A DNA stretch of 45,790 nt from a virus. Its lineage: Duplodnaviria > Caudoviricetes. The notes beneath the pieces are model-generated. The model searched no databases. It was not told the origin of the DNA and saw nothing but the letters and a program-made list of their open reading frames with translations. Below, one piece after another: positions 36,147 through 45,766 of this stretch (within the stretch, counting starts at the first letter, position 1; the number at the start of each line of letters is the position of its first letter). The position numbers and the translations under genes were made by a program. Location of the stretch: positions 1 through 45,790 of IMG/VR virus record IMGVR_UViG_3300012942_000069; one strand, written 5' to 3'.

Positions 36147-37046
36147 TTATTGCTGATCCGCGAACTCGCCCGGCAACGTGAAGCGACCTTCCGCGTATTC
36201 CTTCTTGAGCGTCTCCACGCGCTTGGCCAGGCGTTCCTGGAAGTAGTGTCCACCACTACCGACCATGAGCGGGGTATAGCCGCGTGAGAAGAGCTCGTCT
36301 TCGATGAGACGCATCATGACCTGGACATCCGTGTACTCTTCACGGATCTTGTCACGATTGCTTTCGTTCTTGAACGGATCCACGCTGTCGATGCCGAAGC
36401 GCTGGGCCTTGCAGGCCGCCTGCACCAGCTCGCCGGCTTCCTCGCTCAGCTGATTGAAGAGATAGGGCACGGCATCCATGACGAAGTTCTTGTCCAGCGT
36501 CTGCTGGTAGCCTTGGAGATAGTCTTCCAGGCTCTTCTTGCCCTTGTTCCAGTCGCTGGTATCGATGCCGTGTTTCTTGGCCGCGGCGAGCACGCGATGG
36601 CGCGCTTGGGCGCGATCCTCATCGTTGGCACCCTTGACCCGATCGATCATGTCCCAACCGAGGCGGATTTGAGCCGGCGTACCGAGTTTGATCTTCTTGA
36701 GACGCGGCATACCCCAGAACGAGTCTGGTGCTTCCTCGCGTTCTTTCTTGGACATGTACTCCAAGCTCGCAACGGTGAAACTCTCCAGCGCACTGCCGTC
36801 GGCCGCGCTGAAGGTCTCCTCGACGATCTCCGGGTCGACGGGGTAGAATTCACCCTTGATGCCCTTGACGACCATGGCGCCTTCCTTGACCTGATGGTCA
36901 CCCTCCAATGTCTTGATGAAGGGAGTGCCTGCTTCGCCGCAGTACCAACGGTCGCCGCAGAAAGCGGCACATTCGTCGTGGTTGTCACCGGTGAAGCGGA
37001 TCCCTTCCACTTCCACCGGCTTCTTGATGAGCGTCTGAATGGCCAT
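36147..37046 (-). CDS. Multi-domain protein: phage KKPV..TLEG..GEFYP domain, DUF6582-like domain, MazG-like NTP pyrophosphatase
   Basis: LSEEAGELVQAACK..RFG...IREEYTDV (MazG ExxE..ExxD); domains joined by ALE/SLE sites; start MAIQTL at 37046. Confidence 0.7.
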   Translation of the reverse strand: MAIQTLIKKPVEVEGIRFTGDNHDECAAFCGDRWYCGEAGTPFIKTLEGDHQVKEGAMVVKGIKGEFYPVDPEIVEETFSAADGSALESFTVASLEYMSKKEREEAPDSFWGMPRLKKIKLGTPAQIRLGWDMIDRVKGANDEDRAQARHRVLAAAKKHGIDTSDWNKGKKSLEDYLQGYQQTLDKNFVMDAVPYLFNQLSEEAGELVQAACKAQRFGIDSVDPFKNESNRDKIREEYTDVQVMMRLIEDELFSRGYTPLMVGSGGHYFQERLAKRVETLKKEYAEGRFTLPGEFADQQ

Positions 37047-37104
37047 GAGCGGCAACCCCTTGAGCTTGAATAGGTGGCGATAATTGCCTTCCCACGGAAG
37101 GCCA

Positions 37105-37163
37105 CATAGAAATTCCTCCCTCCCCCAGCCCATAAAGAGCCAGGGGAGGGAGGCCTCTATGCC
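37105..37163. terminator. CATAG...CTATG-flanked imperfect hairpin
   Basis: cctccctcccc...ggggagggagg. Confidence 0.55.
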
Positions 37164-37166
37164 GCG

Positions 37167-39743
37167 TCAGAGCCAGTTCTCAGAAATGGCCACGAACTTG
37201 GTCAGGTCGACATCGCCGTTCAAGAAGATCTTGACTGCCCGTGAAATGAACTTCCACTGGTAGATGTTCAGCGTCAAGACGGTCAAGAGGTTCGTCGGGT
37301 GAATCGCCACGTGCGTCAGGTCCATGGACTTTTGCGTGGGATCGTAGCTCAAGAGGTACGTGTAGTTCGCCAGCGCCTGCTTGATGTCTCGATCCGAGTA
37401 CTGACCTTCGAATGCACTCATCGACAACAGTCCATTGATCATGTCGTGAATGATGGTGGAGCAGAAAGGCGAGTAGATGGCGTACTTGTCCGTGATCACG
37501 TCCAACGTGCCGGGGATCGTTTCCGGGATCTTGAGCGTCAGATAGTCACTGACCGCCTGATCCACGGTCTGTGCGGGTGTCAAGAGCGTGTACGTATCCT
37601 GGTCGCAGTAATTGCGCAAGGGTACGATCAGATCCTGCACTTGGTACGGTGAGCCATTAGGTACCGCAGGGATGGCAATGCTTGCTTGATCCTCCGCGAA
37701 GACCAGCTGCGATTTGTCGAAGGTACGACCGTTAGCAATTACCCGTTGGACATGATCGTCACGGACGTTGAATGTGTCGTTGTGCGAGAGCACACCCCAG
37801 CGCAAGAAGCCGTACTCGGCCACCGGCGGACGCTTCATGGTGCTTCGGCAGAAACCCGAGGCACGGATGGTGAGTGATTGCGTGGCGCTGTCGGCGAGGT
37901 AGGCCTTGTTGACGACGATCACCTGCGGCCATTGCACGAAGTAGTCGAGGTTCTCGACCAGCGCGTAGCCATTCAAGAAGAGGTCCAGTTGCCCCGTGGG
38001 GATCGCCAGCACGCTGTACTGAACGCCGGTGGGGTAGGTGATCTGGGCGCCAATGGAGAACTGGAGCAGGCCGTTCATGGGCGTCAGATCCAGTGTGTAG
38101 ATCAGATGCGAGGCATCGGACTTCACGCATGTGACATAGGAGCCGGTATCGACGAGCCACTGCACCTTTCCGTTGACGGTGGTCCATTTGGTCGAGTCGT
38201 GTGTCACGTCCTGCCAGGTGCTGTCATCGGCGTAGCCATCATCCTTGCGGGTCGCGATATAGTACCGATAGCTGTAGCCGGCCTGAATTGGCGTACCACT
38301 CATGTCCATCACCTGCGGAATCACCGCAGAGCCGCTGCCGACCCAACCCTCCACGAGCTTGCAGCCTTCATAGACCGGCTGGTACTGCGCGCCTGCGACG
38401 TGAGGATACCAGCCCAAGAGGACACCATTGGCATCGTACTCGTACATCGTGGAACCGTTCTGGAGAGCTACGGGTAAATCGACGTAACCGCGTTCATCGA
38501 CCAAGGTCGGCGATTCGGCGAGAACCGTGGCAATGGCGTTGTATCCGTACGCTGACTCCACCATGGGCAACGTAACCGCGCCAAGGTTAGCGTCCATGAT
38601 GTCGATGTACTGGGAGTTCTCCAGCGTGGGTGCGCGCCAGTTGCTGACCGTCGAATCAATGCCCAACATGGCCTTCACGATGAGATCGTCCGGGAGCTTA
38701 TAAAGCTCGTGGATCTGATTAGCCTCCGGCACCAGTGGACGATCAAAGCCTGCGCTGCGAATGACCAATCGCAGTGTCAGTTCGGAAAGGTCTGTCCAAC
38801 TCGCCTGTGTGCCCATGTAGGTCGCCACGTAGGGGACGCAGACCGAATAGTCGCGATGCGTGACCTGGCGAAAGGCATCATCGTTGTTCTTGTGGAAGTA
38901 GAGACCGTCCCATGTGCTGCCGGTTTGGATGGGATTCTTCTTGATCAACCACAGGTCGCAATCGTCTCGATAGTCAATCAAGACATCTGGCGTTTGTGGA
39001 TCGCTGTAGTGAAGCAGGTACTTGGTCTTGGCATCTTTGATCGATTCGAAGGTACTGAGATCGGTGACGTTGAAATCGATCACCTTCTTGACCGATGAAT
39101 CGTAGACGGCTTCCAACAAATCTCCCCCTTGGAGGGTCGAAGGTACGAAGCCGTTGATGTAGCGTCCATTGAGGGTCAGCGTAACGTAGCCCTGCAGTGC
39201 GACGAGTAGACTGACCTGATGCTGAAACGCCAGCGCCGAATTGATGTCGGTGTGCGAATAAAAGATGGATTCGACGTTGTTGACCTGTCCATCGCTTCGA
39301 CGTGAACCAAAGAACGCGTTCGCGTAAAAGCGGAAGAAGAGCGGTGTCGTCGAAAGTGGGGCGATGTTGGGTTGCTCTTTCACGGCCAAGATCAGCGTCC
39401 GATCTCGCGTGTACATGATGTACGATTGCGCCAGCGGGAAGAGCAGCCCTTCGGCCGTGTAGACCTGGATATAGGTCAGTCGCTCTGCCATGACCGCAGC
39501 CAGCGTCATCCACTGGCTGGTTTTGGCAACGAGCCCCAGTGTCTGCGGATTGACTTGACCCAATGTGTAAACGTGGTAACGATCGGTGGACGTTGGCAGC
39601 TTCACGGTCCGCCACATGACCGTGCATTCACCCATGACACCGCTCGACGAGGTGATGCGAGTCGGTTCGAAGATGTGCTCGAAGTCCATCGCCGGATCGC
39701 ACCAGACGTTTTGATACGCGTGGGCGACAAGCGGATTAAGCAT
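37167..39743 (-). CDS. Virion structural/baseplate protein (phiKZ gp27-like)
   Basis: 858 aa; AYQNVWC.P..D, DYRDD, RQVTHRDYS, AYGYNA, LNG.ALVE.LDY, VRDD, YSPF motifs. Confidence 0.8.
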   Translation of the reverse strand: MLNPLVAHAYQNVWCDPAMDFEHIFEPTRITSSSGVMGECTVMWRTVKLPTSTDRYHVYTLGQVNPQTLGLVAKTSQWMTLAAVMAERLTYIQVYTAEGLLFPLAQSYIMYTRDRTLILAVKEQPNIAPLSTTPLFFRFYANAFFGSRRSDGQVNNVESIFYSHTDINSALAFQHQVSLLVALQGYVTLTLNGRYINGFVPSTLQGGDLLEAVYDSSVKKVIDFNVTDLSTFESIKDAKTKYLLHYSDPQTPDVLIDYRDDCDLWLIKKNPIQTGSTWDGLYFHKNNDDAFRQVTHRDYSVCVPYVATYMGTQASWTDLSELTLRLVIRSAGFDRPLVPEANQIHELYKLPDDLIVKAMLGIDSTVSNWRAPTLENSQYIDIMDANLGAVTLPMVESAYGYNAIATVLAESPTLVDERGYVDLPVALQNGSTMYEYDANGVLLGWYPHVAGAQYQPVYEGCKLVEGWVGSGSAVIPQVMDMSGTPIQAGYSYRYYIATRKDDGYADDSTWQDVTHDSTKWTTVNGKVQWLVDTGSYVTCVKSDASHLIYTLDLTPMNGLLQFSIGAQITYPTGVQYSVLAIPTGQLDLFLNGYALVENLDYFVQWPQVIVVNKAYLADSATQSLTIRASGFCRSTMKRPPVAEYGFLRWGVLSHNDTFNVRDDHVQRVIANGRTFDKSQLVFAEDQASIAIPAVPNGSPYQVQDLIVPLRNYCDQDTYTLLTPAQTVDQAVSDYLTLKIPETIPGTLDVITDKYAIYSPFCSTIIHDMINGLLSMSAFEGQYSDRDIKQALANYTYLLSYDPTQKSMDLTHVAIHPTNLLTVLTLNIYQWKFISRAVKIFLNGDVDLTKFVAISENWL

Positions 39744-40671
39744 CGAAGAATCCTCGCGTCAGGTGAGCCATGGCAATCACGAAGTCCTTGGCCTGATGAT
39801 GCCGATCCGCCTGCACCGCCATCTTGGCAAAGTAGCTGCCGTGGTACGAGCGGTCGGTATAGGCCGTGTAGAGCATGGTTAGGAACGTGGGCGGGTATTC
39901 CAATGCCGCGCCAACGATCGTACGCGCCCGCGCACCGAACCAGCTACCACCGACCAACGTGTAGATCACGCCCGGCGACAGACTCTCCATGCGCAGCGAA
40001 AGCTCTGGGGACTGCTTTAGCGCATCGACGAACGAGGCTACGCTGGTTAGTGGACCGATTCCTTCGAGCGTGGCCAGGATTTGCGCTACCGGCAAATTGA
40101 TCGCACGTGAAATGATCGAGGCTTGTCCCAGTTGGAACGAGGGATCGGCCTGCTCTTCCTCTCGACGGAAACCGCAGAGGTAATAATAGCCGGCCAGGAT
40201 ACTGACGCGCAGCTGATCCATCGGACCCAATGCCATGCGTCGTCCAACGCCATCAGCCACCCATCGGGCATAAACGCGCACCGGCAGCGTGCCGGTGTGA
40301 GAGAAGCCCGCGGCATCCCCTTTGGCCCAGAGCCAGGTCAGCATGGCCTCGCGCAATACGAAGCGGTAATCTCCACCGGCCGCTACGACCGGTGCACCAT
40401 CGCGCCGCATGCGTTTCAATGCACGCGCGTCGATGACCACCTTCCGCCCGTGTCGCGTATCGATCAGAAGCGGTGCGAGCAGGGGCGGAATGTCTTCCAC
40501 GCCAGGCAAGATTTCGAGGACCGCTTCAGCTTCCTCTTGGTTGGCCGAGCGATCGCCTTCGAGCACGACCGGTGTCAATCGTTCTTCAATAGCGAGCTTC
40601 TCGAGTTCATGAATCCACGTGGCTACCGGGTAGCCTTTCAGGAGACTGGTGTCATACGGCTGCTGGTACAT
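39736..40671 (-). CDS. Virion structural protein (phiKZ gp28-like)
   Basis: 311 aa; PYDT N-terminus, ALEYPPTF motif; divergent from the sheath gene. Confidence 0.75.
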   Translation of the reverse strand: MYQQPYDTSLLKGYPVATWIHELEKLAIEERLTPVVLEGDRSANQEEAEAVLEILPGVEDIPPLLAPLLIDTRHGRKVVIDARALKRMRRDGAPVVAAGGDYRFVLREAMLTWLWAKGDAAGFSHTGTLPVRVYARWVADGVGRRMALGPMDQLRVSILAGYYYLCGFRREEEQADPSFQLGQASIISRAINLPVAQILATLEGIGPLTSVASFVDALKQSPELSLRMESLSPGVIYTLVGGSWFGARARTIVGAALEYPPTFLTMLYTAYTDRSYHGSYFAKMAVQADRHHQAKDFVIAMAHLTRGFFDA

Positions 40672-40899
40672 GCCTACGGGATCCTTTGCTATGTACGGAA
40701 GTCCTCAACGTGCCATAGAGGCATTCGAGGCATAAAAAAGTCCGTCAGATACCCCGCATCTTTACTCTATGATGCGTGGCACCGCCCTTCATCATACGAT
40801 TCTTTTTTGCCACCTTACCGCTTGGAGAGAAGCTCCGGCGGGGGGTGTCTGGGCGTTATGTCCTTCGTCCTAGGTAGCCCGAACTGGAGCTTTTTCCTC

Positions 40900-42978
40900 A
40901 TGCAGCCGATCAATGCCGCCCCGTACACCAACTACCTGGGCACCGATGATGAATCGACCGCCCAGCAGTCGATCCCGGCCCAGCAGACGCCGACCCACCT
41001 GCCGTTGCACCCGCTCTACACCCCCTGGGGTCCGACCGATGCGACCGTTGTTAACAGTGACGGTATCACCGCGATCTACGGAGCCGACGTCTTCAACAAC
41101 CGCAGCGCGTTCTACACCGCGCAATCGTTCTACGCCCAGACCATCCTGAAGCAGGGCAACCAGGTCATGGTCAAGCGCCTGCTGCCGGCCGACATCGGCC
41201 CGAAGGCCCGCGTGCTGCTGTCGCTCGACATCGTCTCCGACAGCGTGACCCAGTACCAGCGCAACAGCGACGGTACTTATTTGCTGGACGACTCTGGTGC
41301 GAAGATCCCGGTGACGGGCGCAGGCGCTACCAAGGCCGGTTACCACGCGCGCTGGGTGCTGAACAGCTGGCTGTCCGGTTCGTACACCCAGGACTTCGGT
41401 GCCGTGCAGACGCGCACCGGTGCGCTGACCAGCTCGGTCGGTGGTACGCAGTCCACGCTGTACCCGATCCTGGAATTCGAAGCCACCTTCTTCGGCTCGC
41501 TCGGCAACAACCTCGGCCTGCGTCTGATCGCGCCGACCACCCTGGACCTGAGCCCGGCTTCCGAAGCCGAGCAGGCGCGTGTAGGCGCGGTGATCTACCG
41601 TCTGCAGATGCTGCAGCGCTCGAGTGCGCTGTCCAGTCCCACGGTGATCAGCACGCAGTCTGGCGAGCAGTGGGCGGACTTCTCGCTGATGCCGGGTGCG
41701 TTTGATACCGGCACCGAGCAGGACCTCGATTTCGCCAATGTCATGGCGACCGCCTGGTCGAACCATGGCACGCCGGGCAACCAGCCCATCTATGGCCCAT
41801 TCGAGTCGACCTATGTCTACCAGGACAACCTGAACGAGATCCTAGGCAACATCCTGACCACCGAAGCCGGTCTGGGTGCGGTCGACAGCGATGCGACCCA
41901 GTGGCTGATCAATCCGTTCACGGCCATGAACGTCAATGGCGTGCCGTACTACACGCTGACCCTGGACGGTACGGCCGATGGCGGCCAGGTGTTCACGGCC
42001 AATACGCAGCTGATGGCCTCGGGCGCCAGTGACGGCACGATCACAGCGGCCAGCTACGACGCCGATGCCGGTACGTTTTTCGAGTCGATTCCTTCGTCCG
42101 AGCTGATGGACATGGCGAAGTACCCCTTCTCCATCATTTACGACTCCGGCTTCTCGATGGACACCAAGACCCAGCTGGCAGCGGTGTTGCCGGCGCGTCC
42201 GGAAGTGGGACTGATCTTCACCACGCAGAGCCTGCTGCTTCCGCAAAACACAGCGGCGCAGGATTCCTCGATGGCCGCCGCACTGGCGGCGCTGGTCGGC
42301 AACTACCCGGACTCCACGGTCTACGGCACCCCTGCGTATCGCGCACAGATCATCGGCGGCTCCGGCTACCTGCTGCCCTCTTACACCTGGACCGGCCTCA
42401 TTCCGATGTCGATCCAGCTGGCGCAGTCCTACGCAGCCTACATGGGTGCGGCGAACGGCAAGTGGAACAACAGTGTGCCGCCGGATGAGAATCCGGGCAA
42501 CGTGATCACCATGTTCCGTTCCACCAATGCCACCTGGAAGAGTGCGCTGGCGCGTGCCAATGACTGGACCACGGGTCTGGTGTGGATCGAGAACTACGAC
42601 ACGGTGTCGCAGTACTTCCCGGCGCTGGCCTCGGTGTACACCAACGATACCTCGATCCTGAAGGGTTTCATCAATGTGCTGATCGCGTGCGACCTGATCA
42701 AGATCGCGCATGCCGTGCGACGCCAGCTCTCGGGTATCTCGCGGTTGACGGATGACCAGTTCATCCAACGCTCGAACCAGCTGATCCAGGCGGCCGTCAA
42801 GGGCCGCTACGACGGCCGCTGCACGATCGTGCCGGATACCTACTACAGCACCCAGGATCAGAAGAACGGTTACTCCTGGAGCGTCAACATCACCATGTAC
42901 GGCAACAACATGAAGACGGTGGGGTCGGTGACCATCACGGCCCGTCGCCAGTCCGAGCTGCCGGTGACTTCCAGCTAA
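40900..42978 (+). CDS. Tail sheath protein (phiKZ gp29-like)
   Basis: 692 aa from ATG 40900 (GGAG RBS); INAAP, PTHLP, YPFSIIYDSGF, GYSW, NNMKTV motifs. Confidence 0.9.
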   Translation: MQPINAAPYTNYLGTDDESTAQQSIPAQQTPTHLPLHPLYTPWGPTDATVVNSDGITAIYGADVFNNRSAFYTAQSFYAQTILKQGNQVMVKRLLPADIGPKARVLLSLDIVSDSVTQYQRNSDGTYLLDDSGAKIPVTGAGATKAGYHARWVLNSWLSGSYTQDFGAVQTRTGALTSSVGGTQSTLYPILEFEATFFGSLGNNLGLRLIAPTTLDLSPASEAEQARVGAVIYRLQMLQRSSALSSPTVISTQSGEQWADFSLMPGAFDTGTEQDLDFANVMATAWSNHGTPGNQPIYGPFESTYVYQDNLNEILGNILTTEAGLGAVDSDATQWLINPFTAMNVNGVPYYTLTLDGTADGGQVFTANTQLMASGASDGTITAASYDADAGTFFESIPSSELMDMAKYPFSIIYDSGFSMDTKTQLAAVLPARPEVGLIFTTQSLLLPQNTAAQDSSMAAALAALVGNYPDSTVYGTPAYRAQIIGGSGYLLPSYTWTGLIPMSIQLAQSYAAYMGAANGKWNNSVPPDENPGNVITMFRSTNATWKSALARANDWTTGLVWIENYDTVSQYFPALASVYTNDTSILKGFINVLIACDLIKIAHAVRRQLSGISRLTDDQFIQRSNQLIQAAVKGRYDGRCTIVPDTYYSTQDQKNGYSWSVNITMYGNNMKTVGSVTITARRQSELPVTSS

Positions 42979-42980
42979 CG

Positions 42981-43013
42981 GGCATAAAGCCCCTGGGTGA
43001 TCCCAGGGGCTTT
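42981..43013 (+). terminator. GGCATA-flanked hairpin between sheath and tube
   Basis: aaagcccctggg-tgat-cccaggggcttt. Confidence 0.6.
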
Positions 43014-43063
43014 GGCTTGTTCGTTCCTTCTGGCTTTCCTTGTCTTCTCCTGGAGTCTCTTCC

Positions 43064-43942
43064 ATGCCTCGCATCTATGCCGATACGACCCTGTCCCAGG
43101 TGGCGTACTTGCGCAACTCGAATGCGACCGGTATCAATCTCGCGCACGGCGCGCAGATGGGACCGTCGATCGACTTTCGCAACTTCGTCTCCAACACCGC
43201 CTACGTCCGGCGCCATGTCATCCCGTTTCTCATCGAAGCTCCCCGCGGCTTCCAGGACCTCGAACGCCCCGACATCTGGGTGGCGGCGCTCAAGAGCCTG
43301 ATCGAAGTGTGGCCCATGGCCATCGACGGTCTGGCGGCCGGTATCACCGTGGAGGTCACCGAGACCGCCGCCGGTGGTGCGGGCGAAATGCAGCAGGACC
43401 CGACCAACGTTACCCGTCAGCGGACCGAGATCACCTACCGCTGGAAGGAACGCTACGGTTCCGTGGTGCAGAAGTTCCTGGAAGGCTGGGTCACCAGCCT
43501 GATCATGGATCCGAACACCAAGTACCCGCGCGTGGTGGCGGCCGGCATCCGTCCGCCGGACCTGCTGCCCGACTACTACGGCTGCACAATCCTGTTCGTC
43601 GAGCCCGATCCGACCGGCCTGAACGTCGTGCGTTCCTGGCTCTGCACCAATGTCTACCCGATGGATGGCATCGTCGTCGAAGGTAGCCGCGACATCACCC
43701 AGCAGATGCAGGAACAGGAGTACTCGATTCGTCTCGCCTCACTGAGCCAGGTTGGGGAAGGCGTCGATAACTTCGCGCAGATCATGCTGAATAGCCTGAA
43801 TTTCTCCGGTCTGAACGCCGGTACCCAGCAGGCCTTCGTGCAGACGATCGATCCGAACGTCAGCGCTTCCGGTACGGGTTGGGGCAGTTTCCTCGATAAT
43901 CTGGCAGCCACACAAGTGGGCAGCCCCGTCAACGCGTTCTAA
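43064..43942 (+). CDS. Tail tube protein (phiKZ gp30-like)
   Basis: 292 aa; SNTAYVRR..LIEAPRGF, GGAGE, MDPNTKYP, LFVEPDP, WLCTN.YP; follows the sheath gene. Confidence 0.88.
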   Translation: MPRIYADTTLSQVAYLRNSNATGINLAHGAQMGPSIDFRNFVSNTAYVRRHVIPFLIEAPRGFQDLERPDIWVAALKSLIEVWPMAIDGLAAGITVEVTETAAGGAGEMQQDPTNVTRQRTEITYRWKERYGSVVQKFLEGWVTSLIMDPNTKYPRVVAAGIRPPDLLPDYYGCTILFVEPDPTGLNVVRSWLCTNVYPMDGIVVEGSRDITQQMQEQEYSIRLASLSQVGEGVDNFAQIMLNSLNFSGLNAGTQQAFVQTIDPNVSASGTGWGSFLDNLAATQVGSPVNAF

Positions 43943-43963
43943 GCGTCAAGCAAAAAAAAAAGA

Positions 43964-44013
43964 GCATACAGCCCTCCTCCTTCCCTTTGCGGGGAAGGAG
44001 GAGGGCCTATGTC
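43964..44013. terminator. Bidirectional GCATA...TATG hairpin
   Basis: gccctcctccttccc...gggaaggaggagggc between convergent genes. Confidence 0.75.
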
Positions 44014-44015
44014 CC

Positions 44016-44375
44016 TCACATCGGAGGGTGGAATGGATGTACCGAAATCAAGCCTAGGGCAACGTACGCCACGTACGCGGCCTTGAAGGCAATGTGGAGT
44101 GTCTGATCCTGGGCGAAGGTCAGCTTGTTCTCACACTTCAGGTAATCGATGCCCATGTGCGCGAAGAACTCAAACAGACCCAGCGCGTAGCTGCCTGTAA
44201 CGAGCGTGACGGCGGCCGCATGGATCAGGGCATGGGTCGGTAAGGCCCAGTGCCAGAAGAGCTTTCCTATCGCCGTATGGCGGTTCTTGGCCTGTGCCAG
44301 GAAATCGCCTTGAAGAGGAAAATCGCAAAGAGCATGGCCGACGAGTAACCAGAAGAACAGATGAAGGCAAATCAT
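44016..44375 (-). CDS. DUF3307 family membrane protein
   Basis: GHALCDFPLQ, HALIH, HMGIDYLK, DQTLH motifs. Confidence 0.85.
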   Translation of the reverse strand: MICLHLFFWLLVGHALCDFPLQGDFLAQAKNRHTAIGKLFWHWALPTHALIHAAAVTLVTGSYALGLFEFFAHMGIDYLKCENKLTFAQDQTLHIAFKAAYVAYVALGLISVHPFHPPM

Positions 44376-44403
44376 GGAGAAGAGTGATCCTTGAAGTTAA
44401 GGG

Positions 44404-44913
44404 TTAACGAAGCTGCGCGCAGGCCCCCGTAGGGGGTCGACGATCCAGTGTCTCATCGCTTTGGTACGGCACCAGGTCAAAGGTGATGAGTTCGACTACC
44501 TCAAAACCACCCGCGTAATCACTCGAACTCCTCAAGATGACGCGCGGCATGAAGCAGAGCTTCTCCATGCGTTCTGTTCTGAGGATACTCCGCAGGTTCG
44601 GCGCAATCCCACAGGACTCCACCTGGCCGTAGATGTACTGCGTCTGACCAATGAACCCAGCAGTGATGTCGGTTACCTTGAAGGCCACGAGGCTCTTATG
44701 GATCAAGCGCACGCGCTCCACGTAACTGCTACTGAAGGTGCTGTGGAAGTTCGAGGCTACCGGCGCTTCACGTTCACCCATGTACACCTTGTGGCTGCGG
44801 TAGAGCTGACGCTTCAGCGGGAGAATGGGAAGCTCGATGCGTCCCAAGCACACGCCGGTGGTCGTCTTTTCGAAGAACCGATCATCGATGGCATTCTGCC
44901 CCTGCAAAATCAT
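44404..44913 (-). CDS. Hypothetical phage protein (start MILQGQ)
   Basis: ATGA coupling with the upstream gene; ends ELITFDLV. Confidence 0.65.
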   Translation of the reverse strand: MILQGQNAIDDRFFEKTTTGVCLGRIELPILPLKRQLYRSHKVYMGEREAPVASNFHSTFSSSYVERVRLIHKSLVAFKVTDITAGFIGQTQYIYGQVESCGIAPNLRSILRTERMEKLCFMPRVILRSSSDYAGGFEVVELITFDLVPYQSDETLDRRPPTGACAQLR

Positions 44914-45308
44914 GGAGCAAGCTCCCCGTAGTAGTGGAAGGGTATTCCCTTCGCGTGACAAAGCTTCTCCAGAATGTCCTTGAGGAGAAAGCGGTGGCAG
45001 AAGAACGATCCATCGGGATGGACGTGCGTGGCGCTCTTCGCGGTGCAGTAGCACGCCAAAGCGAGGGGTTCGGTCTGGCCGATGAACTCCAGCCATTGAT
45101 CGCGATGCTCATGCCAGCTCTTGTTCATGAGCCGTCGGTATTCAGCGGTGTACTCTTCGTCAGAAACTCTCCCTGCCTTATGGCCAAGGACGATATCCCA
45201 CGAAGGCGCGAAAATCGAATGGCCGGATTTCACCGTGGTATCGACCATGTTGACACCGTAGCGGCGCGCTAAGCGCCATTGTCCTAAGGCGATGGTCATG
45301 ACCTCCAT
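44910..45308 (-). CDS. DUF488-like protein
   Basis: APSWDIV, Y..EY..LM, ALACYC...FCHRFLL motifs. Confidence 0.75.
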   Translation of the reverse strand: MEVMTIALGQWRLARRYGVNMVDTTVKSGHSIFAPSWDIVLGHKAGRVSDEEYTAEYRRLMNKSWHEHRDQWLEFIGQTEPLALACYCTAKSATHVHPDGSFFCHRFLLKDILEKLCHAKGIPFHYYGELAP

Positions 45309-45766
45309 TAGGCTATCTCCGGAAGGTCGATGTCGATGTCGCTGAGATCTTTCAACAAGCCATTGATCGCATGTTCTAAGCGGATCATTTCCAGGTGCGG
45401 CAAGGATTTCTTGTCCATGAGCGCACGCGCATGACGTGACATCTTGGCGAGGTGTCGCCGGGCATGGGCGCGCTCTTCACGCGTGGGGAGTATCTGCGCG
45501 ATCTGGGGCCATGTGAGCGGTCCCGATTGGGTCATGGTCTCAAGGAGTAACAGGACGGCCTTGAGGTCACGATACTCTTCCTCCATCCGATGGAAGGCTC
45601 GAAAAAGGCGATCCACGTTCGTGCCTTCTTCCGGCACATGCTGATTGATGGATTCCGGTCCAAAACGGAACGTCTTGGAAGCAGCTTTGGCTAAAAGACC
45701 GCACTCGAGGCTGACCTCTGTGGCTTCTTCCATCAACTTCTCAGCGACCACGTCAAGTGCCAGCAT
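45308..45766 (-). CDS. MazG-like (all-alpha NTP pyrophosphatase-like) protein
   Basis: KLMEEATEV...KAASKTFRFG...EEEYRDL; GAGGA RBS before ATG 45766. Confidence 0.6.
   Translation of the reverse strand: MLALDVVAEKLMEEATEVSLECGLLAKAASKTFRFGPESINQHVPEEGTNVDRLFRAFHRMEEEYRDLKAVLLLLETMTQSGPLTWPQIAQILPTREERAHARRHLAKMSRHARALMDKKSLPHLEMIRLEHAINGLLKDLSDIDIDLPEIA

Noticed and set aside
40123-40899. 259-aa N-terminal extension of the tail sheath ORF
   Set aside because: Overlaps the gp28-like gene on the opposite strand; RBS and family length support ATG 40900.
1891-44013. CRISPR array from the repeated hairpins
   Set aside because: Copies are dispersed and non-identical, with no regular spacers and no cas genes.
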